A DNA stretch of 64,000 bases from Hypanus sabinus (GCF_030144855.1 NC_082713.1:53816001-53880000), one strand, 5' to 3'. Shown: positions 24,476 to 37,742, numbered from the stretch's first letter. Notes: generated by a model from the letters alone, not told the origin. Program-made: numbers and translations.

Positions 24476-25184
24476 CTCACTTTAAGTGGTGCTAACCTTT
24501 CAGCTTCTGATCCCAGCTGAGGTACAGGCACTGAAGAGGATGATTAATTATGCTGCACACACCCATTATGCGAATGTGCAGGCAACACAAAGTTGAGCTA
24601 TCGCTAGTACCAAACACAATGGACAAGGGTTGACCTTACATTATGATCCACAACGAGTCCTAGGGTTTAGCTCCTGCTTCATGGCAACTTTGAATGATTA
24701 GTGATCCATCATACATTGATGAATGACCAACCACTAAAGCAAATAATTCCTCATTATTTCATAAAACAACAACAAAAATTATTTCTCTAATGTAAATTTA
24801 TCTTTAACTTACTGAACCTTTTGCCCTTCCTTTTTATCTTCTCTATCTCCTGATGACTGAAATTGTCTCTGATCATTTATTGTACATTACTAGCAAATGC
24901 AGCATTGTTATTGTCAAATAATACTTCTGAATTATTGTCAGTAGGAGACATGTTTCATGTTGATAATCTTTTACATTGCCTCAAATATCATACATACATT
25001 TTCTAAGACTTCATGATTATAACTCTGAATGCTGTAAACATTCAGAATCTAAGAGGGGAACACCACTTGAGGTTTGGCTTCCATTGCCAATAGATATATT
25101 CAATTGCTTTGCATAATATGAATCATAGTTTTTTCAACAAATGGCGAGTCAAGGATGTTTAATTACAAGAATGCTTCTATGTAT

Positions 25185-25770
25185 GTCTCTAATTCCTGAG
25201 GAGACTGAGGTCCTTTAACATCTGCCGGACGATGCTGAGGATGTTCTACGAGTCTGTGGTGGCCAGTGCTATCATGTTTGCTGTTGTGTGCTGGGGCAGC
25301 AGGCTGAGGGTAGCAGACACCAACAGAATCAACAAACTCATTCGTAAGGCCAGTGATGTTGTGGGGGTGGAACTGGACTCTCTGATGGTGGTGTCTGAAA
25401 AGAGGATGCTGTCCAAGTTGCATGCCATCTTGGACAATGACTCCCATCCACTCCATAATGTACTGGTTAGGCACAGGAGTCCATTCAGCCAGAGACTCAT
25501 TCCACCGAGATGTAACACCGAGTGTCATAGGAAGTCATTCCTACCTGTGGCCATCAAAAGTTATAACTCCCCCTTTGGAGTGTCAGACACCATGAGCCAA
25601 TAGGCTGGTCCTGGACTTATTTCCACTTTGCATGATTAACTTATTATTATTTAATTATTTATAGTTTTACATTGCTATATTTCTTCAGTATTCTTGGTTG
25701 GTGCGGCTATAACAAAAACCAATTTCCCTCGGGATCAATAAAGTATGTCTGTCTGTCTGTCTGTCTGTCT
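25185..25770 (+). mobile_element. Rex1/Babar LINE 3' end
   Basis: ORF LRMFYESVVASAIMFAVVCWG...RINKLIRKA...HPLH...RKSFLPVAIK; terminus gggatcaataaagta followed by (tgtc)n. Confidence 0.9.
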
Positions 25771-26754
25771 GGTCACCCACATATCGATTCTTCATGCACT
25801 TTTTGTATTTTTGTATTTTCAGGACTGTACTAACACTCATATCTCTCCAAACAGCACAACCCACTATCTAAATGTATTATTCCATATTGTTTGGGATTTG
25901 AAAAATAAATACACCAAAAAAGGTGGATTATAGAAGGGGAACCTTGATTCCAAGTACACAAGGACAATTTAAGAGAAAGTTTGGATTGACCAAAAAAAGG
26001 GCAGAAAGGAAAAATGAAAAAAAAAAGATATCACTTAAAGTCTGACATTTCTAAAATCTCCCTGAAAAATTAAGAACCCCAGAAATGAGACTCATTCTTG
26101 TAATATTTAATTTATGGTGACTGAAAGGTTGATTGCTAGTCATTAATATTTATCTCATTGTTGTAAAAGCCTGTAATGATAAGACTTAATGTTCTGTTAA
26201 TCTGAAAAAACAGCAAGTTCCTAAAACAGCTAATCAGATGGCAACTTCATAAAATCAGATATATTCCTGCTTCTTATCCCCTGGGTATTGTTTTCTTTGC
26301 TACTTACTTTGGGAAATCTCTAATATTCGGCCATCTGATTGTTCAGAAATCCCAGTTATAAATCTAATCCCAATAGTTCAGCAAGCACTTAGCTCACCAG
26401 ATGCTTATTCCACTGCTCTCTCAAACACACAGGGGCCACATATACCAAGGATTTTTGAACACATTGGGCCTTGGTTCCCAAGCTCCCTCAAGCACACTGG
26501 ATCTCAGTACAATTGAGAATCGAAGATAATTGAAAAAAGAAGAAGCAAAAGCTTCAAACAGTAATCAGTGATATGGAAGGTTTACAATCCCCACAAAAAC
26601 TGCAGCTGACTGGCAATATTGTGGAGAATTGAAGGATCTTCAAGCAACAGTTTGAACTGTTCTTATCAGCGATTGATTATGAAGAGAAATCGGGGAAAAA
26701 AATAAAGCAGAATTGGAAATGACGTCGTAGAGAAGTAGAAAGAAGGAAAATGAA

Positions 26755-27147
26755 ATGAAACAAGTAAATGTAGTGATTGAAGATGAACGTGAGGAATTTT
26801 ATATAGATGAGCTTTATGAAAATGCTGACATGGAGCATATAAAAGTAGTTGCTGCAGTGTCTGAGACAACCAAACAGGAGGCAATTGATGCAAAAAAGCA
26901 AATGGAAGTGGAAGGAATTAGCAAGGATAGAGTCCAAACAGAAGCAGGGAAGCAGATTGCTGAGGAGGATAGTGTGAACTGCTTACCTGAAATTCTAGAT
27001 TCTAACCAGGAGACATGTGAGAGTATACCAAAAAGTTTAGTTAAGATACATGAAGAAAAGCTTAAAGCAGAAACGAAGAAGAAAAAGAAGAAACACAAGA
27101 AGAGTCATGGCACAGTAGTGAAGAGCCAACTTCAGAGTTTTGTATAG
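26755..27147 (+). CDS. 130-aa acidic/lysine-rich ORF inside the pol-less Gypsy-type element; function unknown
   Basis: Open frame with E/K-biased composition and a KKKKKKHKK basic cluster, lying between the gag remnant and the PPT. Confidence 0.35.
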   Translation: MKQVNVVIEDEREEFYIDELYENADMEHIKVVAAVSETTKQEAIDAKKQMEVEGISKDRVQTEAGKQIAEEDSVNCLPEILDSNQETCESIPKSLVKIHEEKLKAETKKKKKKHKKSHGTVVKSQLQSFV

Positions 27148-27389
27148 ATTTGTTTATTGGTTAATGTTGTTATTTGTTTTACTAGAAGATGTGATTCTTC
27201 AGAGATTCAGTTAAAGGATGCAGATGAGACAAAATATGTAAATAATAACAAGGAAACACAATATCTGTGTGTACCACTTAGGTCTACTTGTGTTCATAAA
27301 CCCACAGAGAGACTGATAGAGACTTGTTCAATTATGTCTTTGTCTTGATTAATGTTGTTCTTTATTTTTACTTTTTAAGGAAGGACAGA

Positions 27390-29140
27390 TAGACAATAGA
27401 CAATAGGTGCAGAAGTAGACGATTTGGCCCTTCGAGCCTGCACTGCCATTTTGAGATCATGGCTGATCATCTACTATTAATACCCAGTTCCTGCCTTGTC
27501 CCCATATCCCTTGATTCCCCTATCCATAAGATACCTATCTAGCTCCTTCTTGAAAGCATCCAGAGAATTGGCCTCCACTGCCTTCCAAGGCAGTGCATTC
27601 CAGACCCCCACAACTCTCTGGGAGAAGAAGTTTTTCCTTAACTCTGTCCTAAATGACCTACCCCTTATTCTCAAACCATGCCCTCTGGTACTGGACTCTC
27701 CCAGCATCTGGAACATATTTCCTGCCTCGATCTTGTCCAATCTCTTAATAATCTTATATGTTTCAATCAGATCCCCTCTCAATCTCCTTAATTCCAGCGT
27801 GTACAAGCCCAGTCTCTCTAACCTCTCTGCATAAGACAGTCCAGACATCCCAGGAATTAACCTCGTGACTCTACGCTGCACTTCCTCTACAGCCGGGATG
27901 TCCTTCCTTAACCCTGGAGACCAAAACTGTACACAATACTCCAGGTGTGGTTTCACCAGGGCTCTGTACAAATGCAAGAGGATTTCCTTGCTCTTGTACT
28001 CAATTCCCTTTGTAATAAAGGCCAACATTTCATTAGCCTTCTTCACTGCCTGCTGCACTTGCTCATTCACCTTCAGTGACTGATGAACGAGGACTCCTAG
28101 ATCTCTTTGTATTTCTCCCTTACCTAACTTTACACCGTTCAGATAATAATCTGCCTTCCTGTTCTTATTCCCAAAGTGGATAACCTCACACTTATTCACA
28201 TTAAACGTCATCTGCCAAGTATCTGCCCACTCACCCAGCCTATCCAAGTCACCCTGAATTCTCCTAACATTCTCATCACATGTCACACTGCCACCCAGCT
28301 TAGTATCATCAGCAAATTTGCTGATGTTATTCTCAATGCCTTCGTCTAAATCGTTGACGTAAATCGTAAACAGCTGTGGTCCCAAAACCGAGCCCTGTGG
28401 CACCCCACTAGTCACCACCTGCCATTCCGAGAAATACCCATTCACCACTACCCTTTGCTTTCTATCTGCCAACCAGTTTTCTATCCATGTCAATGTCTTC
28501 CCCCCAATGCCATGAGCTCTGATTTTACCCACCAATCTCCTACGTGGGACCTTATCAAATGCCTTCTGAAAATCAAGGTACACTACCTCCACTGGATCTC
28601 CCCCGTCTAACTTCCTGGTTACATCCTCGAAAAACTCCAATAGATTAGTCAAGCATGATTTACCCTTGGTAAATCCATGCTGGCTCAGCCCAATCCTATC
28701 ACTGCTATCTAGATATGCCACTATTTCATCTTTAATAATGGACTCTAGCATCTTCCCCACCACCGATGTCAGGCTGACAGGTCGATAGTTCTCTGTTTTC
28801 TCCCTGCCTCCTTTCTTAAAAAGTGGGATAACATTAGCCATTCTCCAATCCTCAGGAACTGATCCTGAATCTAAGGAACATTGGAAAATGATTACCAATG
28901 CATCCGCAATTTCCAGGGCCAAATCCTTTAGTACCCTAGGATGCAGACCATCTGGACCTGGGGATTTGTCAGCCTTCAGTCCCATCAGTCTACTCATCAC
29001 TGTTTCCTTCCTAATGTCAATCTGTTTCATTTCCTCTGTAACCCTATGTCCTTGGCCCATCCATACATCTGGGAGATTGTTTGTGTCTTCCTTAGTGAAG
29101 ACAGATCTGAAGTACTTATTAAATTTTTCTGCCATTTCTC
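27390..29140 (-). mobile_element. Young 5'-truncated CR1 LINE with uninterrupted RT frame
   Basis: Plus-strand tail tagacaatagacaatagg; the ORF2 frame is open from the truncation point (EMAEKFNKYF) to the stop. Confidence 0.95.
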
Positions 29141-29201
29141 TGTGATATGGTGATATAACATGAAATGATGTGCCAGTTCCTGATTGGAGAGCACTGAACA
29201 T
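27477..29201 (-). CDS. 574-aa CR1 reverse transcriptase ORF (no endonuclease domain; N-terminal ~20 aa from flanking LTR sequence)
   Basis: Motifs KSPGPDG, NYRPVSLTS, SQHGF, YLDFQKAFD, GVPQGSVLGP, KFADDTK, LVKPHLEYC, all stop-free. Confidence 0.85.
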   Translation of the reverse strand: MFSALQSGTGTSFHVISPYHREMAEKFNKYFRSVFTKEDTNNLPDVWMGQGHRVTEEMKQIDIRKETVMSRLMGLKADKSPGPDGLHPRVLKDLALEIADALVIIFQCSLDSGSVPEDWRMANVIPLFKKGGREKTENYRPVSLTSVVGKMLESIIKDEIVAYLDSSDRIGLSQHGFTKGKSCLTNLLEFFEDVTRKLDGGDPVEVVYLDFQKAFDKVPRRRLVGKIRAHGIGGKTLTWIENWLADRKQRVVVNGYFSEWQVVTSGVPQGSVLGPQLFTIYVNDLDEGIENNISKFADDTKLGGSVTCDENVRRIQGDLDRLGEWADTWQMTFNVNKCEVIHFGNKNRKADYYLNGVKLGKGEIQRDLGVLVHQSLKVNEQVQQAVKKANEMLAFITKGIEYKSKEILLHLYRALVKPHLEYCVQFWSPGLRKDIPAVEEVQRRVTRLIPGMSGLSYAERLERLGLYTLELRRLRGDLIETYKIIKRLDKIEAGNMFQMLGESSTRGHGLRIRGRSFRTELRKNFFSQRVVGVWNALPWKAVEANSLDAFKKELDRYLMDRGIKGYGDKAGTGY

Positions 29202-29339
29202 GCATGGGTTTACAAGAGTGTATCAGCATGTGGCAGGGTTAAGGTGTGTTTGTTTATTTCTGTAAATAAAAGTTCTTTAATTCTTCCAGAATATGATTCT
29301 TTATTGTGAACCCACAGAACGTTTAAATAGAAGTAACAT

Positions 29340-29690
29340 AAGAGTGGCATCCATTATTAATGACCCCCATCACCCAGGAAATGCCCTCTTCTCATTGTTA
29401 CCATCAGGAAGGAGATACAGAAGCCTGAAGGCACACACTCAGCGATTCAGGAACAGCTTCTTCCCCTCTGCCATCTGATTCCTGAATGGACATTGAACCT
29501 GTGAACACTACCTCACTTCTATCATTTTCTGTTTTGCACTGTTTTTTATTTAACTATTTAATATACATACATACTTAATGTAATTGATTTACTTATTTAT
29601 TTCAATATTATCATGTATTGCATTGTACTGCTGCAGCTAAGTTAACAAATTCCATGACATATACCAGTAATTTTAAACCTGATCCTGAAA
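29340..29690 (+). mobile_element. Rex1/Babar-like LINE 3' end
   Basis: SIINDPHHPGNALFSLLPSGRRYRSL....RFRNSFFPSAI, then an aaacctgat tail. Confidence 0.85.
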
Positions 29691-29995
29691 TATGTTACAG
29701 TATTAGTTGAAATAATATTCGATAATCCAGAAAGGCTGCCAGCCCAGCATCATCTAAGTTTCAAGCAGGTCAGGTCAATAGAATTTTACTACATTTTTAC
29801 TGGAATTTTACCGAATTGGGGCTGTGGCCTGCATCTAATAGGCTCCTGAATCAGCTGTGACTGGCTTTGTGGCTGTGGATTCACTCTCATGAACTTCAGT
29901 TCTGAATGTTATTTGCTTACTATTATTGTTTGCACAATTTGTTTTTCTCTACACGTTGGGTGTCTGACAGTCTTTTTTTAATGAGTCCTATTGGG

Positions 29996-32900
29996 CCTAC
30001 TGCAACTCAGCCGGCACACCGCCTGGTGCACTTCAGTTAACCAGGCACCCAGCAGGACTAAAAACAAAACCTGTCGAAGGACGGATGAACTCCTTGTGAG
30101 TCAACGGCCACCTACTGTCTGTGTGAGGAGTGGCGTGCCACACAGTCTTTCGTTTTGTGCCTTGTAGGGCATTATGATGACAGACAACCCAGCAAACCCT
30201 ATACTTCCAGAGCCGGGAGTGCTCAGGAAGTCTGCACAGCGCCCAGACCCTGGTCTAGACAGGTAGTACAAAGATGCAACCTCAAACCCTACGGGGAGAG
30301 TTGAGTCCAACAAGGGGGCCAAGCGAAGTGCGCCTGTTTTGCGCTGTAAAGTAAAAACAATCATCTCAACTTTCATACACCATCCGCCTCTTGCCTTAAT
30401 ACAGAGCTGGCATCACAGGCAAGCAGATATGAGATCTCCATCCTGGGGATCCAAGAACACCATCATGTACATCCAGATGAAGAGATAAGGTTCACAGAGG
30501 TAGAGGGGTTGCACCTCGTCAGCTCGTCCGCATGGAGAGAGTCGACGACGATGTCAGCACAAGGCAGAGGAGGGCTGATGTTGAACCGCAAGGCGAAGAA
30601 GGCACTGAGGTGCATAGTCTCTGTCAGTGACAGAATCCTTACTGAGGAATTCGACGGAAACCCGGCGACCTCTGTCATCATCTGTTAATCCCTGCATATC
30701 TGCAGCAAGGAGAAGGAGGTGGAGACCTTCTACAGTAAACTTCATGAAGTTGTCACTTCAATACCTGCACATAACTTCCAGCCTGTGCTTGGCGATTTTA
30801 ATGCCCAGGTCGGACTGGAAGATGTTCCATACTCATACCACGACTTTACCAACAGAAATGGACAATACCTTGTTGATTTCACCCAGGAACACAGTCTCAT
30901 TGCCGCCAACACAAAATTCAAGAAGCGAGTGGTAAACTGTGGACATACAAAAACAGAGCCTCCCTCAACAGGAAACATCTCAACTACATCCTCGTAAGAA
31001 CAAAATGGCGTAATTGTGTGATCAACACAGAAGCCTACAGCACCTTCAGCTCGGTCAGTTCTGACCACAGAGGAGTATCAAAGCAAGTGAGACTGAGCCT
31101 GCCGCAACCCAAAGCCACAGGTCCCAAGGAGAAGATGGACTGGAAGGCATTCTCTTCACAACCTATTCTTCAAGCCCAGTACACTGTGGAAGTGAGAAAT
31201 CGCTTCGGCCCGCTGGAGAGGGAGGAGGAAGAGACTGCCACCAACCGCCATCAGCGGCCTATAGATACACACACAGATGCAACAAAGAGTCTGACTACTG
31301 TGAAGCGAATCAAAAAGAGCCGGATCTCAAAACATCCTGACGTCGCAGCAAGAAATGTGGTCAATGCTTGTCATGCCGAACATAGAAGGAGCGAAACAGA
31401 AGAGCTCAGAGACAAGTTCAAGACAGCAAAGAAGAATCTCTTTGCCACATACGACTGACTGAAGGAAGAGGAACTAGCTGAGAGGATTAGAGGGGTAGAG
31501 GCTGCTAATGAAGACCAGCAGCTTGGAGAAACATGGCGCCTGGTCAACGAGATCAGCAGACGGAAGAAGTCCCCATCAGGTCAAATAAGAGGTCAAACAG
31601 CAGAGGATCGTGTCCAGACATGGTTTACCCACTTCAAGAAGCTGCTGGGAAGCCCTCCAATGATCACGGAAGAAGAAGAGGACATACCCACAATACTAAC
31701 GCAAATCAACATCGATGACCACCATTGGGGAACTGAAGAAGGCCAAATATGCTCTCAAACAGGGCAACAGCGCTGGACCAGATAGAATAGCACCAGATGT
31801 CCTGAAGAATGACGACCTGGATGACATTGTGCTGGACATATGTAATACGGCACTGACGAAAGGCGACAAACCAGAACAGTGGTCACTCTCAAACATTGTC
31901 CCTGTTCCCAAGTCTGGATCCCTCACGAAGACAGATAACAACCACGGTATCAGCTTGACCTGCATCTTAGCAAAGCTGTACAATCGGATGATCTTGAACA
32001 GGTTTCGTATCACCATTGACCCTGAGCTAAGATTCAATCAGAATGGTTTTTGGTAGAAGCTCACAACAGTAATGCAAATACTTGCTCTCCGTAGAATCAT
32101 CGAGGAAGTCAAGAAGAACAACCTACAGCCGCGCTTACTTTCATCGATTTTCACAAAGCTTTTGACTCCATTCACCGAGGTAAAATGCTGAAGATCCTGA
32201 AAGCTTACAGAGTGCCAGACCATCTATTGAGAGCAATAGAGTCCAGCTATACCAAGACCACAGTAAAAGTTGTATCACCAGATGGAGAAACAGCAGTGTT
32301 CGAGTTCCTGGCTGGTGTGCTGCAAGGAGACACTCTGGCACCCTACATGTTTATAATCATCGTCAAGCTCTACGTCAAGCTACCAAAGTTCATGACAAGC
32401 TTGGTTTTACTATAAAACCAGGACAAACTAAAAGGGTCAGACCAGTTACGCTTACAGATCTCAATTTTGCAGATGACATAGTCCTGCTCTCTGACCAGAT
32501 TGAGGAAGCACAGCAGCTACTGATAAAAGTGAAAATTGAGTGCAATAAAGTTGGACTTCACCTAAATGCTAAAAAGAGAGAGTACATGGCGTTCAACTGC
32601 AATGAAGGTACTCTCAAGACTGTAAAGAATGATACCATTAAGAAAGTCTTAGACTTTAAGGACCTCGGGTCAAGAATGATGAGTTTGGAGAAGGACATAA
32701 ATACAGGGAAGGCGCTGGCGTGGAGGGCTATGAATGACGTGAAGGGAATCTGGAGGTTGAACCTGACCAGAGGGCTCAAAAAGAGGATCTTCATAGCAGT
32801 CAGAGTTCCTTCTCACATACAGATGTGAGACGTGGACGCTCACCAAGACCATGTGAAAGGCACTAGATGGTTGCTATACACGAATGCTCCGGATGGCTCT

Positions 32901-33197
32901 GCACATGATGAACATCGAGCTCTATGACGACCTACCGATGCTCACTACTAAAGTCAAGGTGAGAAGACTGCAACTAGCAGGGCACTGTCTACGCCACCCT
33001 GAGCTATCTGCCAGCCTAGTCATCACATGGGAGCCCAAGCATGGGAGGGTGAACCCCGGGCGCCCTCCCAAGACTATGGTCAACACGCTCCTAGAAGATG
33101 TAGATGAACTGAACACCCTGATGAGGGAGAGAGGAGAGTGGAGAGTCCGTCATCGTGCCCGATGCTGGCCCCCTAGGCCTGAGTCGACATAGTAGTA
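29996..33197 (+). mobile_element. Near full-length decayed RTE-clade LINE (APE and RT) with 9-bp TSD
   Basis: TSD cctattggg at 29987-29995 and 33198-33206; APE motifs LGDFNAQVG and SDH; RT motifs SAGPD, KAFDSIHR, GVLQGDTLAP, FADD; LAGHCLRH; short tagtagta tail; several stops and frameshifts. Confidence 0.9.
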
Positions 33198-34829
33198 CCT
33201 ATTGGGTTTCTTTGGTTTGTGGCTGCCTGTAAGGAGACAAGTCTCAAGGTTGTATATAATATACATAATTTGAATATAAATTTATTTTGAACATTTTGGA
33301 AGCAATTAAGTTAAGTTACAAAATGCTAATGGTCAGGACTACTATCTTTAACATCCTTGTGCATTAGGGCAAAGTTTTCATTGCTTGTCAACTATATCGC
33401 TTTGTAGGATTAAATAATGCATTAGTTCAGGTCAGGAGGAAAGCAAATCCTGTGAAGTATCATGGGTATAGAAAAATTACAGGGGAAGTAAAGACTGTAT
33501 TGCAAACATTGATAAACTTTCAGCACGCTTGTCCCTTTGTCTGCTTCTATGCTGCAGAATTGGATTCTGATGGTCTAGAGGCAAAAGACTGAGAAATGAC
33601 TGTATCAACGGATTTCTTTCAAAAAAAGCATATTTACCCAAGTACACTTTTGGAATTAAATAATTGTGTATACAGCAGGGAATGCATTGCCTTTCTGTTG
33701 GAAGCTACTGTATATCTCTTTTACAGTCAATATGCAACATGTAGCTATTTCAAATATATACATAAGTTTTCAATACATTGTTCAAATACTGGAATGTACA
33801 ATCTGTTTTTAAAGCAATAGTTAGTAAACGAAGCTATCACAATATTCTAGGAGGAGCAGAAAAGTAAAAGTTTCCAGGTGTTGAATTTCCATAAAACTCC
33901 AGCAAGAAAGTGTCCTTAGATTTTAAAACCAATGCAACTGCTTTGATCTTCACTGGAGTTACTAATCATTCAGTTGTAGCTTCACCATCACTGTGCAGCT
34001 CGAGAAAACAAATACAAAAAAGTACAAATCATTGTGCATAGCCCTGTATGAACTGGACCCATTTTGTTTGAGCTCTTTATGTCTCATGCTTCAGGGTGTA
34101 AACTCCTCAGTCACATTTGTTAGAGTTTAAAGTTCAACACATAGCCTAAGTTAGTGAACAAAGATGTTGTAGAACTGCAGCTTTTAAAGTTGACAAATTT
34201 TTTGAAGATTTAAGTGACTCACTACTGCATTGGGAATGCATGTCTAAGAAGCTCACCATTAATTGCAGCAAGACGAAGCTCCTGACTCAAATGTGACAAT
34301 GAATAAAGAGATAGTGACTGCAAAGTTTGGTGTGAAAAGGAATACCAAACAAGTAACTATTAAACCAAGAGAGTACAAAATATTAATCCCATTCTAGACC
34401 GGAATCAGGGGAAGGACAAGTTGATTAGAGATGATATAGCTTTTCTAAAATATAAGTAGGAAGAGAAGAAGTTCTAGCAGAAAACCTGCTACCATTGTAG
34501 TGGAAATCATTCATCACATCTGTGTTAGTTCAGAGCAGCAAGATGCACTGATTGGAGCAAGCAAAAGCACGTAGACTCTGAACGCAGAGGTAAACAGAAT
34601 TCAAGAAAAGGTAGTGACAGTCAAGCAGTGTCCCAACAGGAGTGAAACAGTTACAGTAGGAAATCACAGAAGTGAAATTTATATAGCATTGAGGGGAATG
34701 AACAATGAGGAAGCCTATTTAAACAGCACTAGTACTACTAGCCATGATATTATAAAGAAAACAATTTTGAAATTAAAAATAACCAAGACAGCAATATGAA
34801 TGTTGATATAATCACTGATCGCATAAGCA

Positions 34830-37742
34830 GTGCATTAGGGATGCAGAATCAAAAAGGGTAGCAAATACAGTACTCAAAGTGTTATATCTCAATGCCCGGA
34901 GTTTAACAAATAAGGTGGATGATCTTGTTGCACTATTACAGATTGTCAGGTATGATGTTGTGGCCATCACTGAATTGTGGCTGAAGGATAGTTGCAGTTG
35001 GGAATTGAATGTCCATGGTTACACGTTGTAACAGAGGGACAGGAAGGTAGGCAGAGGAGGTGGCGTGGCTCTGCTGGTAAAGAATGGCATAAAACCAGTA
35101 GAAAGGCGTGACATTGGATCAGAAGATGTTGAATCCTTGTGGGTAGAGTTAAGAAATTGCCAGGGTAAAAGGACCCTGATGGCAGGTATATACAGGCCTC
35201 CCAACAGTAGCTGTGATGTGGACCACAGATTACAGTGGGAAATAGAAAATGTGTGTCTAAAGGGCAATGTTATGATAGTTCTGGGAGATTTCAACATGCA
35301 GGTCGATTGGGAAAATCAGGTTGGTAATGGATCTCAAGAGCGTGAGTTTGTTGAATGCCTATGAGATGGCTTTTTAGAGAAGTTTGTCATTGAGCCTAAA
35401 AGGGGATCAGCTCTATTGGATTGGGTGTTATGCAATGAACTGGAGTTGACTAGGGAGCTTAAGGTAAAAGAACCCGGAGGAGGCAACGTAACTGACTTCA
35501 TTTCTAATGATTGAGTTCGGATTGAAATTTGAAAGGGAGTAAGCAAAGTCTGATGTAGCAGTATTTCAGTGGAGTAAAGGAAATTACCATGGTATGAGAG
35601 AGGATTTGGGGGAAATAAATCGGAAGGAGATGCTGGCAGAGATGACAGCAGAGCAGCAATGGCATGAATTACTGGGGAAAATGAGGAAGGTGCAGGATAG
35701 ATGTATTCCAAAAACAAAGAAATACTCAAATGGCAAAATAGCACAACCATGGCTGACAAGGAAGTCAAAGCTAATGTAAAAGCAAAAGAGAGAGCAAGCA
35801 ACAAAGCAAAAACTGGCAGGAAGATAGAAGATTGGGAAACTTTTAAAAACCTATGGAGAGTAACTAGATGAAGTATTAGGAGGGAAAGATGAATATGAAA
35901 ACAAGATAGCAAACAATATCAAAGTGAATAGTAAAAGCTTTTTCAAGTATGTAAAAATAAAAGAGAGATGAAAGTGGGTATAGGACTGCTAGAAAATGAG
36001 GGTGGAGAAATACTAATAGGGGACACGGAGATAGCAGATGAAATATATGAGTATCTTGCATCAGTCCCAATGCGGAAGACACTTAGCAGTGTGCCAGATG
36101 TTGAAGGGTATGAGGGAAGAGAAGAGGGTGCAGTTACGAATACAAGGGTGAAGGTGCTCAAAAACCTGAAAGACCTATGGGCACATATGTCACCCAGACC
36201 AGGTGAACTGAACCCTAGTGTTCGGAAAGAGTTAGCAGTAGAGACTGTGGAGCATTAGAAATGATCTTTCAAAATTCATCGGACACTGGCATGGTGCCAG
36301 AGGACTGAAAAACTGCAAATGTCACTCAACTCTTTAAGAAAGGAGGAAGACAGCAGAAAGGAAACTATAGACCAGTTAGCCTGTCCTCAGTGGTTGGGAA
36401 GACGTTGGAGTTGATTGTTAAAGATGAGGTTATGGAGTACTTGGTGATGCAGGACAAGATAGGACAAGGTTGGTATGGTTTCTTTAAGGGAAAATCTTGC
36501 CTGACAATCCCTGTTGGAATTATTTGAGAAGATTACACATAGGATAGATAAAGTGGATATTTGGACTTCTAGAAGGCCTTTGACATGGTCCCACATGTGA
36601 GGTTGCTTACCAAGTTAAGAGCCCATGGTATTACAAGAAAGATACTGGCATGGTAGTATTGGCTGATTGGCTGATTGGTAGGAGACAGGGAGTGGGAATA
36701 AAAGGATCCTTTTCTGGTTGGTTGCCAGTGACTAGTGGTGTTCTGCAGGGGTCGGTGTTGGAACCACTCCTTTATATACTGTATTTCAATGATTTAGATG
36801 CTGGAATAGATGGTTTTGTTACCCAGTGTTTAGATGAAACAAAGATTGGTGGAGGGGCAGATCATTTTGAGGAATTAGGTAGGCTGCAGAAGGACGGACA
36901 GATTAGGAGAATGGGCAAGAAGGTGACAAACAAAATACAATTTTGGAAAATGCATGGTTATGTACTTTAGTAGTAGAAATAAATGTGCAGACTATTTTCT
37001 AAATAGGGAGAAAATCCAAAAATCTGAGATGCAAAGGGACTTGGAAGTCCTTGTGCAGAATACCCAAATGTTTAATTTGCAGATTGAGTCGGTGGTGAGG
37101 AAGGCAAATGCAATGTTAGCTTTCATTTCAAGAGGTCTAGAATACAAGAGCAGGGATGTGATGCTGAGGCATAATAGGGCACTGGTGAGGCCTCACCTTG
37201 AGCATTGTGAACAGTTTTGAGCTCCTTATCTAAGAAAAGATGTGCTGCCATTTGAGAGGGTTCAGAGGAGGCTTACAAAGATGATTCCGGGAATGGAAAG
37301 TAACCTTTATTGGCTCTGAGTTGGTACTCACTGGAATTTAGAAGGGTGAGGGCGGATCTCACTGAAACCTTTTGAATGTTGAAAGGCTTAGACAGGGTAG
37401 ACATGGAAAGGATGCTTCCCATGGTGGGGGAGTCTAGGATGAGCAGGTGCAGCCGCAGGATAGAGGGGCATCCATTTAATACAGAGAAGCAGAGAAATTT
37501 GTTTAGCCAGACCATGGTGAATTTGTTACCACAGGCAGCTGTGAAAGCCAGGTTGTTGGGTGTATTTGAGGCAGAGCTTGATAGGTTCTTGATTGGACAT
37601 GGCATCAAAGGTTGTGGGGAGAAGGCCAGGGAGTGGGTCTGAGAAGGGGAATAAAGCAATAAAGCATCAGCCATGATTGATTGGTGGAGCAGGCTTGATG
37701 GGCCAAATGGGCTATTCCTGCTATTATGTCTTATGGTCTTAT
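34830..37742 (+). mobile_element. Decayed CR1 LINE, near-complete ORF2 (APE and RT)
   Basis: YLNARS, GGGVALLVK, IYRPPN, GDFN, VTSGVLQGSVL, LVRPHLEHC; 3' tail tatgtcttatggtctta. Confidence 0.92.

Larger units (their letters stand above)
26495..29338 (+). mobile_element. Pol-less Ty3/Gypsy-type LTR element (gag start, E/K-rich ORF, PPT, 3' LTR) interrupted by CR1
   Basis: From 26573, MEGLQSPQKLQLTGNIVEN*RIFKQQFELFLSAI resembles a Gypsy Gag N-terminus. PPT aaggaaggacaga at 27377-27389; TG...CA segment 29141-29338 with AATAAA. No matching 5' LTR seen. Confidence 0.65.
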
